Below are positions 48,408 to 58,337 of a stretch of DNA of 64,000 nt, one piece after another (position 1 is the first letter of the stretch; the number at the start of each line of letters is the position of its first letter). The DNA lies in NCBI GenBank assembly GCA_964631575.1, contig CAZVYD010000001.1, forward strand, positions 33,262 through 97,261, written 5' to 3'. This stretch comes from an uncultured Candidatus Bathyarchaeia archaeon. Its GTDB lineage: Archaea > Thermoproteota > Bathyarchaeia > 40CM-2-53-6 > JALHTG01. The notes under the pieces are model-generated. The model saw only the letters and a list, made by a program, of their open reading frames with translations. It searched no databases and was not told where the DNA came from. The translations under genes were made by a program, and so were the position numbers.

Positions 48408-48914
48408 TCAAGCGAGCTTCTCGACAACTATTCTGCACTGGCTTGGAAGTTTTCCGGCGCCGATTGCCAGAGCCTTCTTTGCATGTTCAACTGCGTCCTT
48501 GTTCACATATATTGAAAGAATGGCTTGATCAGCTCTTACTCTGGCGGCTCTTCCTGAAGGCTTTCCGAATGCTCTTCTCATTCCTTCTTGGAGCCTATCC
48601 GCCCCCGCAGTGGCTATCATTCTGTTCTCCCTGAGAACTACGTGCGGATAGACACAAAGGTTCAGAAGGTAACCAGTCTCTCCCATCCTGTCAGCAAGCA
48701 CCTTGTTCGCCGCGACGCGAGCCGCCTCCAATGCGTTGTGTCGAATTTGAACAGCGTATCCCGCCAGAAGAGAAACCTTGTGCTCATAGGTTGTCTTGGA
48801 ATCGCCCATGATGAACCTGCTAATCTTCAGCGAGGGCGACCCGTGAATATACTCTCCCCTAGTGTAGGGTTGCCCCTTTGCCTGTCTGTAGTTGCGGCCT
48901 TTCAATGGGATCAA
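48408..48914 (-). CDS. rpl10e: 50S ribosomal protein L10e (uL16)
   Basis: QIRHNALEAAR, YPHVVLREN, AGADRLQEGMR.AFGKP. Confidence 0.96.
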   Translation of the reverse strand: MIPLKGRNYRQAKGQPYTRGEYIHGSPSLKISRFIMGDSKTTYEHKVSLLAGYAVQIRHNALEAARVAANKVLADRMGETGYLLNLCVYPHVVLRENRMIATAGADRLQEGMRRAFGKPSGRAARVRADQAILSIYVNKDAVEHAKKALAIGAGKLPSQCRIVVEKLA

Positions 48915-48964
48915 TTCCTACGTCGGCTCAGCATACCGTTCCTTGAGAAATATTTAAGCGTTCA

Positions 48965-49681
48965 TCAAGCCTCATCGATTTTCGTTCTTGTCCGACAACA
49001 AGCTCGACGGATGATCCCCAGCAGAAGAAGCGCCTCTCTGTTGGACAGAAGTCCTCGCGAGATTACGTTTCTGAAAGCTCTTACCGCTTTTGTTCGCCTA
49101 TGACTTGGAGTCTCAACTAGACGAGTAAGCTTCTCGAAATATTCGATTAGCCGTGCTCTGCTATGAGAATCGACTGGCTGAAAGGCTTTCCTAGCTCTGT
49201 GCATGTGCTTGTATAGCTCATAGAGTACTATTGCAGACGCAGCAGCCATGTTGAGGGTTCTGTAATTCTTGTTTGCTGGGATTGTTATGATTGCGTCGCA
49301 TCGATCCAGCTCCTTGTTGGACAAACCTGTGCTCTCCCTCCCAAACACGAGACAGATCTTCTCGTCGCTCGATCGAGTTTTCTGTGCATATTCTTCGGGA
49401 GAAAGAACAACTCTGAGAACGTTTGACGGCCTTTGACCGGGAATGGCTGTGGTTCCAACGATTTGGCCACAACCCTTGAGTGCCTGGTCAAGGGTCGTGA
49501 CTATCTTCAGCCTTTGGAGGATATCATCTGCATGAGATGCGTATGCTCTCGCTTCCGAGCCGATTTGTGTCTTTGGGTTTACAATCCACAGGTCGGTGAA
49601 GCCGAAGTTTTTCATAATCCTTGCCATCGAACCAATGTTTCCTTCATGCTCAGGCTCTACGAGAATGACTCTGACTTGCAT
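48965..49681 (-). CDS. trmJ: TrmJ family SPOUT tRNA methyltransferase
   Basis: VILVEP..EGNIG..AR.MKNFG, VFGRES.GL.N.EL, LN.A. Confidence 0.88.
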   Translation of the reverse strand: MQVRVILVEPEHEGNIGSMARIMKNFGFTDLWIVNPKTQIGSEARAYASHADDILQRLKIVTTLDQALKGCGQIVGTTAIPGQRPSNVLRVVLSPEEYAQKTRSSDEKICLVFGRESTGLSNKELDRCDAIITIPANKNYRTLNMAAASAIVLYELYKHMHRARKAFQPVDSHSRARLIEYFEKLTRLVETPSHRRTKAVRAFRNVISRGLLSNREALLLLGIIRRACCRTRTKIDEA

Positions 49682-49691
49682 GAATCTTCAC

Positions 49692-50498
49692 TTAGAACTT
49701 GAATATCCTTTGGACTGAACACAGACAATTCGAGAGATTTTCCAATTCAGATGTAGTCAGTTGGAAGATCCTCTTCTCAAGGAGGGCACTCGGTCTAACA
49801 AGGTCTTCCAGAGAGCTCTTCATCGCTGGGTCCATGGCGTGTTTCAGAACCCCTCTGAGGGTCCTCTTTCTTTGAGAGAAGAGGTGTCTAACCATTCGAT
49901 CTAGGTAGTTCTCATCGACAAAGGTTGTTCTGACTCTTGGAACGATTTTGACAATGTATGAGTCTACTCTCGGTACTGGCCGGAAAGCTTTTCTCGGTAT
50001 AAAGTCGAGAAGCTCCACATCGGCTCTATGTTGCACTGCAACAGTGAGTCTCCCATAGTCAGCTGACCCAGGTTCTGCAACGAGTCTCGACGCGAACTCC
50101 TTCTGGAAAGTCATAGTCATAGAGCGGAAGCCCTCTTTCAGAAGAAGGAATATCAGTTTTGAGGAGATGTAGTAGGGGGGGCTGCAAACCACTTTGTCGA
50201 AAGTCGGCAATGAAATCTTCAGAACATCTCCCTCAATTATTTCCACTTGGCTCTTGCCACGGAATCTTCGCCGCAGTAGATTTGCCAGCACCTTGTCCTT
50301 TTCTATGGCGATAACTTTGCTTGCGCTTCGTTGAAGGGCGGCTGTAAGGTTGCCGGTGCCGGCTCCTACTTCGAGGACCTTTTCTCCGCTCCGCAACATA
50401 GCATAGTCTACAATTTTCTGAAGCACTGCTGTGTCGACTAGGAAATGTTGGCCCCACCGCCTAAGGCGGCGAATTCGACTGTCGTTCCTTACCGACAT
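49692..50498 (-). CDS. rsmA: 16S rRNA m6,2A dimethyltransferase KsgA/Dim1
   Basis: GQHFL, EVGAGTG.LT, PYYISS, QKEFA.RL, YGRL, F.P.P.VDS. Confidence 0.94.
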   Translation of the reverse strand: MSVRNDSRIRRLRRWGQHFLVDTAVLQKIVDYAMLRSGEKVLEVGAGTGNLTAALQRSASKVIAIEKDKVLANLLRRRFRGKSQVEIIEGDVLKISLPTFDKVVCSPPYYISSKLIFLLLKEGFRSMTMTFQKEFASRLVAEPGSADYGRLTVAVQHRADVELLDFIPRKAFRPVPRVDSYIVKIVPRVRTTFVDENYLDRMVRHLFSQRKRTLRGVLKHAMDPAMKSSLEDLVRPSALLEKRIFQLTTSELENLSNCLCSVQRIFKF

Positions 50499-50504
50499 AG
50501 CACC

Positions 50505-51110
50505 CTAGATAGCCCTCGTGAAGAGCCTGTACTTTGATTCCTCGCTCAGTTCTTCAATAATCCTCTTTGCAATAGTCTTCGCTGGGTAAGCCAGACCAGC
50601 TCTCGTCTGAATATCCGCGAAACTCTCAAAAAGCTTCCTTTCACGTTGGTTGACTATTTGCCACATGGATTTTTTTCCGATTCCCGGGAGAATTTCTAAT
50701 GCGTGCATTCTTGATGTGACTGCCTGAGCCTTATTGAAGAAATCCACGAATTTCTTCTCTTGGTTCTCGATCAACTTCTCTAAGACTACGGGGAGCTCTG
50801 CCTTCGCTGAAGCGGTCAGTTCCTCGTAGCTGATTCTGCCTATTATGCGATCTACTTTCTCTCTTCTCTCCTTTCCCACATAGATCCTTTCCTGCGTTTC
50901 CACAGAGCAACCAAGCTTAAGCTCCGCCTCAAGCAGCGTGAAGTAGTCTTCACCCAAGACTTGAATCGTGGGAGCTGCAACATGCCTGAGTCTGTCCGGC
51001 GATGACCTACCCGTAGGCAGAAAGTCCAGCACATAGGCATATTCCTCATAGAGTCGCTTCGGTACCTCGATGCCCGCCCCTCTCTCGGGCGGTCTATCTG
51101 TTTGAGTCAA
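50505..51110 (-). CDS. DUF655 putative nucleic-acid-binding protein
   Basis: EEYAYVLDFLP.G, GEDYFTLLE, RMHALE.LPGIGKK. Confidence 0.92.
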   Translation of the reverse strand: MTQTDRPPERGAGIEVPKRLYEEYAYVLDFLPTGRSSPDRLRHVAAPTIQVLGEDYFTLLEAELKLGCSVETQERIYVGKERREKVDRIIGRISYEELTASAKAELPVVLEKLIENQEKKFVDFFNKAQAVTSRMHALEILPGIGKKSMWQIVNQRERKLFESFADIQTRAGLAYPAKTIAKRIIEELSEESKYRLFTRAI

Positions 51111-51419
51111 GAATGAAATCCCTGCCTAAGGCCTAGCTAGCTACTCTCTCTCGACGGAAGCTTGCGTAGAACTCGCCGGTGAAGCAAAAGGCCTCATTTG
51201 TACCAAAACCGTCTCTAAGAGGACTTGGAATTTCATGTTATAAACCTTCCCTAGGAATTTAGGTTCCATAGCTGTAATGCCCCAACGCCCGAAACCCACT
51301 ATACTCTGCTCACTACTGTCCGTTGATCTCCTTGAAGGGATCTCAGCAACTAGATAGCTGAGCCGTCTGTTTCTTCCTCACGCTGCGGCCTTATGCTCTG
51401 GAAAAGAATCGCCTGCAGT

Positions 51420-51464
51420 TCAGGATATGTGACACCCTTGTTCTGGAGGCAGTTTAGTCATCAC
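51420..51464 (-). ncRNA. Candidate box C/D methylation guide sRNA
   Basis: GUGAUGA (C) - 12-nt CUAAACUGCCUC - CAGA (D') ... CUGA (D); intergenic just downstream of rpoF; C' box degenerate. Confidence 0.55.
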
Positions 51465-51480
51465 TGACGGTCTTAGGGAT

Positions 51481-51816
51481 CTACTCTCCTGCGGCGTGAG
51501 ACACTAGCCTTAGTATTTCTTCAAGCTGGTCAGTTGTGATTACCTTGCCTTTTGTCGTTAGTATCGTTCGGAGCTCCTCTTTGGTCTTGGGCATGCAGTT
51601 TACCACTTGGATCGCTTCGGCTTGGCTTAGCTTTCCCTTCTCCACGAGTTCCTTGAGGAGTCTGTCAGCTTTCGAGGAGCTTGTCTTGCTGAACTTCGTC
51701 GCAAACGCCAGGGTTCTTCGTTGGAATTCTCCTAACTCTTCCTCCTTGAATCTCTCAAGTATGCGTTTCGCTTCTACGATCGTAACATCTTTCTGATCTA
51801 CTATCCTCCTTGGCAT
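51481..51816 (-). CDS. rpoF: RNA polymerase subunit Rpo4 (F)
   Basis: VTI.EAK.IL, FQRRTL..A.KFSK, VN.MP.T.EELR.IL; L21e-RpoF-DUF655-KsgA synteny. Confidence 0.93.
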   Translation of the reverse strand: MPRRIVDQKDVTIVEAKRILERFKEEELGEFQRRTLAFATKFSKTSSSKADRLLKELVEKGKLSQAEAIQVVNCMPKTKEELRTILTTKGKVITTDQLEEILRLVSHAAGE

Positions 51817-51820
51817 GGCC

Positions 51821-52117
51821 TTATCTTCCTCGGCCCTCAAGGTGCTCGGGTCTAACTAGAATTATGGCAGATCTACCTCCTGCCGAAACATTGACTATGT
51901 AGCTTCTTCCTCTTCGTCCAGCTATGACCCCTATCTTCCCATAAAACCGTCTATGCGGCATCCCTCTATGGATACCAGGATCGGTCTTTATGCAAACCTT
52001 GTCTCCCACATTGTAGGCTTGCAGTAGCTTGCTTATACTTATCTTACCTCTCTTTCTATGGTCTTTCCGGAAGAGAGCCCTAGTTCTAGAACGATAGCCT
52101 TTTGATCTCTTGACCAT
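51821..52117 (-). CDS. rpl21e: 50S ribosomal protein L21e
   Basis: RSKGYRSRTR, GMPHRRFYGK.G, VRPEHL. Confidence 0.96.
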   Translation of the reverse strand: MVKRSKGYRSRTRALFRKDHRKRGKISISKLLQAYNVGDKVCIKTDPGIHRGMPHRRFYGKIGVIAGRRGRSYIVNVSAGGRSAIILVRPEHLEGRGR

Positions 52118-52181
52118 GAGCCTCACCAAGTATCAGGTTCGGGCGCACCCCTCTCGGGCCGCCTTTCATATACATTTTTCC

Positions 52182-53519
52182 CTATGGTTTCATCTGAAAG
52201 AGTCCCTTTCGAAGCATCATGGGCTGCCGTCGTCGCATCATTTTCATCATCTTCTTCATATTCGAGTATTGAGTGACCAATTCCTTCACTTCCTTCTCGC
52301 TTCTTCCGGCTCCTCTTGCAATTCGTTTGGCCCTTGACGAATCGATAACCTTAGGTTCTTGAACCTCTTCCTGCGTCATTGACTGTATGATGACTCTCCA
52401 CGCACCTAGCTTTTGCTCGGCTGTATCCATGGCGTCTTCGGGTATGTTGAAGCTGCCTGGAAGCATTCTGAATACTTTCTTGAGTGGCCCCATCTTTCTT
52501 AGGGCTTCCATCTGTTCGTACATGTCTTTCAGCGAGAATCTACCTTCCAAGAAGACTTTCGCTTTTTCTTCAGAGACACTCATCTCAGCCTCTTTGACTT
52601 TCTCCACTAGGCCTTTGATATCTCCCATGCCGAGAAGTCTGCCAACGAAGGCGGATGGGACAAATTCCTCAAGATCGTCAAGCTTTTCTCCGGCTCCTAT
52701 GAACTTGATCTTCACTTTGGTAGCTGCGACGGCTGAAAGGGCGCCGCCGCCTCGCGCTGAGCCATCCAGCTTGGTGACGAGTATCGAGCCAATGGTTGTG
52801 GCTTCCGCGAATGCTCTAGCCTGAGCCATGGCCTGCTGGCCAATTGTGCCGTCAATTGTCAGTACGATTTCATCTGGACGTATTGCTTCTGCCAGTTCCC
52901 TCATCTCTTCCATGAGGTCCTTCTCGTTTCTATGTCGTCCCGCCGTATCGATGATTGCGATATTACTCTTCTCCTTTCCAAGGTGTGCGACTCCGTTCTT
53001 AGCTACCTTCCATGGCGCTTTCTCGGAAAGCTCTCCGTACACTGGCACGCCTATCCTATCTGCGAGTTGTTTCATCTGCTCAAAGGCTCCTGGTCTGAAG
53101 GTGTCGGCACATATCAGCCCTGGTTTGAGGCCTCTCTTTTGGTAGAATCTTGCAATCTTGACTGCACTAGTGGTTTTGCCTGAGCCCTGAATCCCAACTA
53201 GCATCATAACAAAGGTCTTTCCGGGTTGGACCAATGTTTCTGACGGCTCTTCGCCCAAGAATCTGGTAAGTTCTTCGTATAGGACTTTGATCACATGCTC
53301 CCTTCTTGAGACTCCTGGTGGGAGACTTTCCTCGATGGCTCTCTCTTGTATCTTGGAGGAGAGCTGGAGAACCAAATCGACATTTACGTCGGCCTGAAGC
53401 AATGTCCTCTGAAGGTCTCTGACTAGTTCTTTTACTGCAGCCTCATCAACCAGTGGGAGCCTCAACAGTTTTCTTATTGCTTCGTTTAGGGACTTGCCGA
53501 TATTCTCGAGGGCGCTCAG
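52182..53519 (-). CDS. srp54: Signal recognition particle protein SRP54
   Basis: LLQADVNV, GIQGSGKTT, DTAGRH, TKLDG.A.GGGALS, M domain; extended to CTG at 53519 (MSALENIGKSLNEAIRKL). Confidence 0.96.
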   Translation of the reverse strand: MSALENIGKSLNEAIRKLLRLPLVDEAAVKELVRDLQRTLLQADVNVDLVLQLSSKIQERAIEESLPPGVSRREHVIKVLYEELTRFLGEEPSETLVQPGKTFVMMLVGIQGSGKTTSAVKIARFYQKRGLKPGLICADTFRPGAFEQMKQLADRIGVPVYGELSEKAPWKVAKNGVAHLGKEKSNIAIIDTAGRHRNEKDLMEEMRELAEAIRPDEIVLTIDGTIGQQAMAQARAFAEATTIGSILVTKLDGSARGGGALSAVAATKVKIKFIGAGEKLDDLEEFVPSAFVGRLLGMGDIKGLVEKVKEAEMSVSEEKAKVFLEGRFSLKDMYEQMEALRKMGPLKKVFRMLPGSFNIPEDAMDTAEQKLGAWRVIIQSMTQEEVQEPKVIDSSRAKRIARGAGRSEKEVKELVTQYSNMKKMMKMMRRRQPMMLRKGLFQMKP

Positions 53520-53658
53520 TTTTCGGTCTCCGCCTTGTTTCTATCGAGTATTCTTGATATGTTCAACGTGATTATCTCCCTTCCTCTCTTAAACATTAGC
53601 TGCATAGATGCAACAAGTCTTTTTTGAACCGGCATGAATTGGCTTCAAGGAAGGAGAT

Positions 53659-54399
53659 TTGGAATCTATCATTGTTGTTGAGAGGAAGGAGATCCCTCAA
53701 GGCTTTACGCTTATCAACGGCCTTCCGGACGTAGGCCTAGTTGGCGTCTTGGCGGTGTCTCACCTAGTTTCCTCCCTTGAGATGGAGGAAGTTGGGTCGA
53801 TTGAGTCAGAGGCGCTTCCGCCGCTGGTTGTTCTTCACAAGGGTCTGCCGAAGCCTCCGATGCGGATCTTCTTCAAGGAGTCGCTTGCCGCAATAGTTTC
53901 CGAAACAGCTGTCCCATCGGACGCAGTTTATGGCCTTGCCGACGCTGTTGTGAAATGGGCAGTTTCAAAGAAGGTCAAGATGGTCATTTCGGTCGGAGGG
54001 ATGGCTGTTCAGAATCGTCAGAATATTGAGAAGCCCAAGGTTTTTGCTGCGCTAACTGACGAGAGTTTAATCGAGATACTCGGACATTCTGCTGAGGTTC
54101 TCCAAGAGGGATATATGGTTGGGCCATATGCCTTGATTCTCAAGAAATGCCTCGATTCTAGGATAAGTGCAGTCACCCTGCTAGCCCAGTCGTTCTATAA
54201 CTATCCGGATCCAGAGGCTGCAGCGGCTGTGCTCGAATCCTTAGAGAAGATTACCGGAGTTAAATTAGATGTTTCTGAACTCCTGCAGAAGGGAGAGGAG
54301 ATCCGCTTAAAGGCAAAGGACATCATGCGGCGTACGCAAGAAGAAATGTCTAAAATGAGCAAGTCACAAGAGTATGAAGTCCCTCCCCTCTACATATAG
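53659..54399 (+). CDS. PAC2 family proteasome assembly chaperone (second paralog)
   Basis: GLPDVGLVG, YPDPEAAA, C-terminal LYI. Confidence 0.88.
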   Translation: MESIIVVERKEIPQGFTLINGLPDVGLVGVLAVSHLVSSLEMEEVGSIESEALPPLVVLHKGLPKPPMRIFFKESLAAIVSETAVPSDAVYGLADAVVKWAVSKKVKMVISVGGMAVQNRQNIEKPKVFAALTDESLIEILGHSAEVLQEGYMVGPYALILKKCLDSRISAVTLLAQSFYNYPDPEAAAAVLESLEKITGVKLDVSELLQKGEEIRLKAKDIMRRTQEEMSKMSKSQEYEVPPLYI

Positions 54400-54807
54400 G
54401 TGGCCGTCAGAATGCCCGAGCCGAGAAGGCGTCGAGCTTTCAACATAGAGAGTGACTTGGCAAGACGCAGAGATGAAACCTTTGGGTCTGGTTGGGACGA
54501 GGTGACGAGTTCCATTGAGCCCCTGTCAAACATCACGGTCGGCGTAGAGGAGATTACAATTACGCTGGATGTGCCTTTCGTTGACCAGAAGCAGGTCAGG
54601 GTCCAAGTTCATGGCAAAGATGTTCTTGAGGTCTACGCCAAAACGAAACGGACTGTTAGATTTGATGACCTAGGCATCAAACACAGAAGCGGAGAGTTCA
54701 CATGCTATCGTGCTTTAGTGAATCTTCCTGAACATGTCGACGGTGCTAGGGCGACTCATCATTTGAAGCGTGGAATATTGGAGATACGCTTACCCAAGTT
54801 ACGCTAG
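54400..54807 (+). CDS. Hsp20/alpha-crystallin family protein
   Basis: EPL, DVPFV....V, LP..VD...A....KRGILEIRLPK. Confidence 0.85.
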   Translation: MAVRMPEPRRRRAFNIESDLARRRDETFGSGWDEVTSSIEPLSNITVGVEEITITLDVPFVDQKQVRVQVHGKDVLEVYAKTKRTVRFDDLGIKHRSGEFTCYRALVNLPEHVDGARATHHLKRGILEIRLPKLR

Positions 54808-54825
54808 GAACCAGTGCCATGGCAG

Positions 54826-55773
54826 CTACTTACTGTCTTTGGGCAATCTCTCAAGGGCTGCAGCGACTATAAGCGGAAAGCATACGACAGCGTCGCCTAT
54901 GACTGTCACATACTTGGCTCCTCGACGTATCTTGCCCCAGCTTATGGCCTCCTCCAAATATGCGCCGCTGAGACTGCCTGCTTCCGGACGATCCATCGTG
55001 ACTTGGATCGCAAGATCAACTCCCTCCCGTAGGATGTTGGCCATCAATACGTGATGCTTGGGACTCCCTCCTCCTAGGATTATGGCCGCAGACTTCTTTG
55101 CCTCTAGCCCTAGCTGCATCAGGCGTTTCAGGTCTTGGAGTAGATCAATGGTAAGTGTTTTCGTTTGGCTGTATGTCCAAAGGTTCAGGCCAACCATTGA
55201 GTCAAGAAATCCCGGCGAAAATATAGGGACGTTCCGGGCTCTGCATTTTGCCAATATGGATGAGGAGTCGCTCAATTTGGTTGTGACCTGATTCAAGAAA
55301 TCTTGCAAGGTCAGATGTCGTCTTCTATCCTCCGGGAGCTCGTCCAAGACTTGAAAGACGAGCTTCTCTAAAGCCTCAAATGCCTGTAACCGAACGTAAA
55401 CGTCTCCTATTCTACCGATTCCATCTTTGCGGAGTTGTGGATCGTTGGCGGAGAACGATCCAACGAAGTGTCGATAACCTAATCCCTCAATGATGTCGTG
55501 GACAATGTTGGCTCCAGTGGTTACGATAGCGTCAACGAATCCTTGGTCAACAAGCTCCGCGAGGATTTGTCGTAGTCCTCCTGCAACGAGCGGTCCGGCC
55601 AAAGACAGGAATACGGTGTACTCTTTGTCGGAGAACATTTCGGTCAGTATTCTGGCAGCCTGACCGATTCTTCCAGCTCCAAGTATTCCGCAGGCATCCA
55701 TCTGCTGAACAAGCTGGTTCACTGTCATATGCGGATGGACTATCATCTGCTCAACAGTTTTCATATTCTCCAC
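54826..55773 (-). CDS. dys: Deoxyhypusine synthase
   Basis: TTGANIVHD, R.GD, LGGGSPKH, GSLSGA..EEAISWGK; adjacent to aIF5A. Confidence 0.94.
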   Translation of the reverse strand: MENMKTVEQMIVHPHMTVNQLVQQMDACGILGAGRIGQAARILTEMFSDKEYTVFLSLAGPLVAGGLRQILAELVDQGFVDAIVTTGANIVHDIIEGLGYRHFVGSFSANDPQLRKDGIGRIGDVYVRLQAFEALEKLVFQVLDELPEDRRRHLTLQDFLNQVTTKLSDSSSILAKCRARNVPIFSPGFLDSMVGLNLWTYSQTKTLTIDLLQDLKRLMQLGLEAKKSAAIILGGGSPKHHVLMANILREGVDLAIQVTMDRPEAGSLSGAYLEEAISWGKIRRGAKYVTVIGDAVVCFPLIVAAALERLPKDSK

Positions 55774-55822
55774 TAGTCCTTGCTTCCTGAACGCTGACAG
55801 GATAAGCTATGATCCTAGGGCT

Positions 55823-56218
55823 TTAGGATTTTATTCTAACGATCTTGTTTCTACCGAGCATCCGCCAGTACTCAACTTCTTGGCCAGGAGAAACCTTTCC
55901 TCTTACATCTTCCTCGTTGGGAAGAGCCGTGTCAAACATTTCGTAACTCTCTACATCCATTAGCTGAAGGGTATCTCCTGTCTGTGAGATCACTTGCGCT
56001 GTCTTCTTCTCTATGATTGGGACGTCGAGCTTTCCATCAACGGGGCTGATTACAGTTCTCTTGCTGTTCGTAAAAACTCCTATCGCGACGATTCTTGCCT
56101 TTGCTGCTCCATGCTTTCCCGGTTTACTCTTCTCATACTCCACTATCTTGCATGGCTCGTCGTCTATGACGATGTACTGGCCGATCTTGAGTGAACCAAC
56201 ATCTACTGGCTTGCTCAA
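55823..56218 (-). CDS. eif5a: Translation factor aIF-5A
   Basis: SKPGKHGAAK hypusine motif. Confidence 0.97.
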   Translation of the reverse strand: MSKPVDVGSLKIGQYIVIDDEPCKIVEYEKSKPGKHGAAKARIVAIGVFTNSKRTVISPVDGKLDVPIIEKKTAQVISQTGDTLQLMDVESYEMFDTALPNEEDVRGKVSPGQEVEYWRMLGRNKIVRIKS

Positions 56219-56346
56219 TCTTCACACCGGTCCAATCACACTAAGCGTCAAGTTAAATCTAAAAGGCTTGCCACCCCTCTACATGAAACAAATCCACTTC
56301 AGGTTTATAACAAAACAGGCCGATAGTAAGTGCCGGTGCTTAGTCA

Positions 56347-57204
56347 TTGATTAGGAGAATCGGCGTGGTTTCGAGGCTCGACGACAGTGATGCTTTGGAG
56401 ACTGCAGCCGATCTCTTTAGTTTCATTCTCAGCAGAGGTCTTACTGGTATACCTGAAGAAGAGTTTGCACGGCTGAAACGCCTTGGCGGCGGAAAGCCCC
56501 TCTCTGAGATGAAGGCTGACCTGATAGTTACCGTCGGAGGAGATGGAACGGTTCTAAAGACATCCATGCTTATTCCTGAATCTGAGACCCCAATTCTAGC
56601 AGTAAACATGGGAAGGCGAGGATACCTCACTGAAGTGTCACCTGAACAGGGAAAAGAAGCCATCAAAGATTCTCTGAAAGGAAAGATTCGACTGGAGGAA
56701 CACATGAAGCTCTCCGTGGTTCACGGCAGTGGATCTAGCATTGACGGTCTGAATGAGGCCTTGCTGGCACCCGCTGTTCCCTACAAGATGATGGCTCTCA
56801 ACATAAAGGTTGGAGGGCACGATCTTGTCGATTGTCGTGCAGATGGATTGATTGTGGCTACGCCCACCGGCTCCACGGCTCATGCTTTTTCGGCCGGAGG
56901 GCCGGTCTTGGATCCATCGCTTGATGCCTTCGTGCTGGCCTTCATCTGCCCTGTTGACCCAATTCATCCTGTGGTTGTTCCAGCGAAGAAGGAGATCTCC
57001 ATAGAGTTGAGTAATGCGGCCTCCCGAGCCTCTGTAGTTGTTGATGGAAGACACCATCAGGATCTCGCGCCGGGAACATCGATCCTGATAAAGAAGTCAA
57101 AGCATAAGGCCGTATTCGTCAGGTTCGACCGGCCGAGGCTCAAGAGAAGCCTAGTACGCTTTCCAGCAGCGGGGATCGGAAGAAGTGAGAGTGCTGGTTC
57201 TTGA
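56347..57204 (+). CDS. nadK: NAD kinase
   Basis: GGDGT, LNE, DGLIVATPTGSTAH.FSAGGP. Confidence 0.93.
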   Translation: MIRRIGVVSRLDDSDALETAADLFSFILSRGLTGIPEEEFARLKRLGGGKPLSEMKADLIVTVGGDGTVLKTSMLIPESETPILAVNMGRRGYLTEVSPEQGKEAIKDSLKGKIRLEEHMKLSVVHGSGSSIDGLNEALLAPAVPYKMMALNIKVGGHDLVDCRADGLIVATPTGSTAHAFSAGGPVLDPSLDAFVLAFICPVDPIHPVVVPAKKEISIELSNAASRASVVVDGRHHQDLAPGTSILIKKSKHKAVFVRFDRPRLKRSLVRFPAAGIGRSESAGS

Positions 57205-57712
57205 CACTTCAGCATTCCTTGTGGGTTTCAATCCGCTCTCCGTGAATCATAGAGTATTCACGGTGCCTGCAGTTGAGCGGGAAATCTCTGTAACGAGCAT
57301 GGCTATGGTTCGTTTCTCTGCCGCACGCGACTCAGGTAGACTTGATGTGAAAAAACCCAGTGCGGCTTCCCAATCGCGCGTTAAAGAGGAATCACTGAAA
57401 TTAGGAGAACAACTGGTGCTCTCAGAAGCCGATTCTCAAATTCTGGCGTTGGCACTTGATCTAAAGGACTGCGGTCTGGAGCCTGTGGTGGTGAGCGACG
57501 ACTATGCCGTTCAGAACGTGGCGGAGACACTGTCTATTGCTTATACTTCGCTTGCAACCTTCGGCATATCATATGAGTTCAACTGGATTTCCTATTGCCC
57601 TGCCTGTTTCAGGCGCTACCCTCAAACTTATCCCTATACCGAATGTCAGGTCTGCGGAACCGTGCTGAAGAGGAAGGTTTTAAGAAAGCTTGAGGCAAAG
57701 AAGAAACTCTAG
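57185..57712 (+). CDS. nob1: Nob1 endoribonuclease (PIN + Zn ribbon)
   Basis: VLDTSAF, LSEAD, SDDYAVQNVA, CPAC...C.VCG. Confidence 0.92.
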   Translation: MRVLVLDTSAFLVGFNPLSVNHRVFTVPAVEREISVTSMAMVRFSAARDSGRLDVKKPSAASQSRVKEESLKLGEQLVLSEADSQILALALDLKDCGLEPVVVSDDYAVQNVAETLSIAYTSLATFGISYEFNWISYCPACFRRYPQTYPYTECQVCGTVLKRKVLRKLEAKKKL

Positions 57713-57722
57713 GAGGTTTGCT

Positions 57723-58337
57723 TTGAGATCGCTTGACCAATTGATAAAGAAGGCACAAGAACTCAAATCGGGAGGACTCACCACTCAAGAGATCTCTGAA
57801 GAGCTGAAAGTTCAAGCTGACACAGTTGTCTGGCTTCTTCTTCGCGGAAAGGAACGTCTCAGAAAGGCAACTCCGATTGATCTTTTCGTAGACTGGAGCC
57901 CAATAGGCTCCAACGCACGTCGTCTATCTCTTGCTGGATGGGCGCTCGCTGATCTGGCGAGAGAATCAATCAAAAACGAGGAATTCGAATCGCCTGATGC
58001 GGTTCTTGCAGTTGAGGGAAGCGGTATGGTTCTGGGTATGACCGTGGCGGAGGAGCTTGAGAAGCCCTTTGCAGCCGTCAGGCCGCAAAGGACTGCAGAC
58101 AGGAAGCTATCTGGAGCAATCAATCCATCATTTGCATCCATCGACAGCAAGAAAGTGTTGGTGGTTGACGCGGTTCTGATGGAGGGCGAAGCAGCCAAGG
58201 CTGCAGTTCAGACTGCTCGAAGTGTCAGAGCCAAACCTATCGGTATAGTTGTGCTCATAAACAAAAGCAATCAAGACAGCATAGACGGAGTTCCGTTGAA
58301 GGCGCTGATCCAGTTGCTCACCATGGCGAAGAGCTAG
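57723..58337 (+). CDS. HTH + orotate-PRT-like protein (GfcR/PyrE-like)
   Basis: LIKKAQELK..GLTT.EIS.EL.V...TV.WLL, D.FVDWS.IG; degenerate PRPP loop VVDAVL. Confidence 0.82.
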   Translation: MRSLDQLIKKAQELKSGGLTTQEISEELKVQADTVVWLLLRGKERLRKATPIDLFVDWSPIGSNARRLSLAGWALADLARESIKNEEFESPDAVLAVEGSGMVLGMTVAEELEKPFAAVRPQRTADRKLSGAINPSFASIDSKKVLVVDAVLMEGEAAKAAVQTARSVRAKPIGIVVLINKSNQDSIDGVPLKALIQLLTMAKS

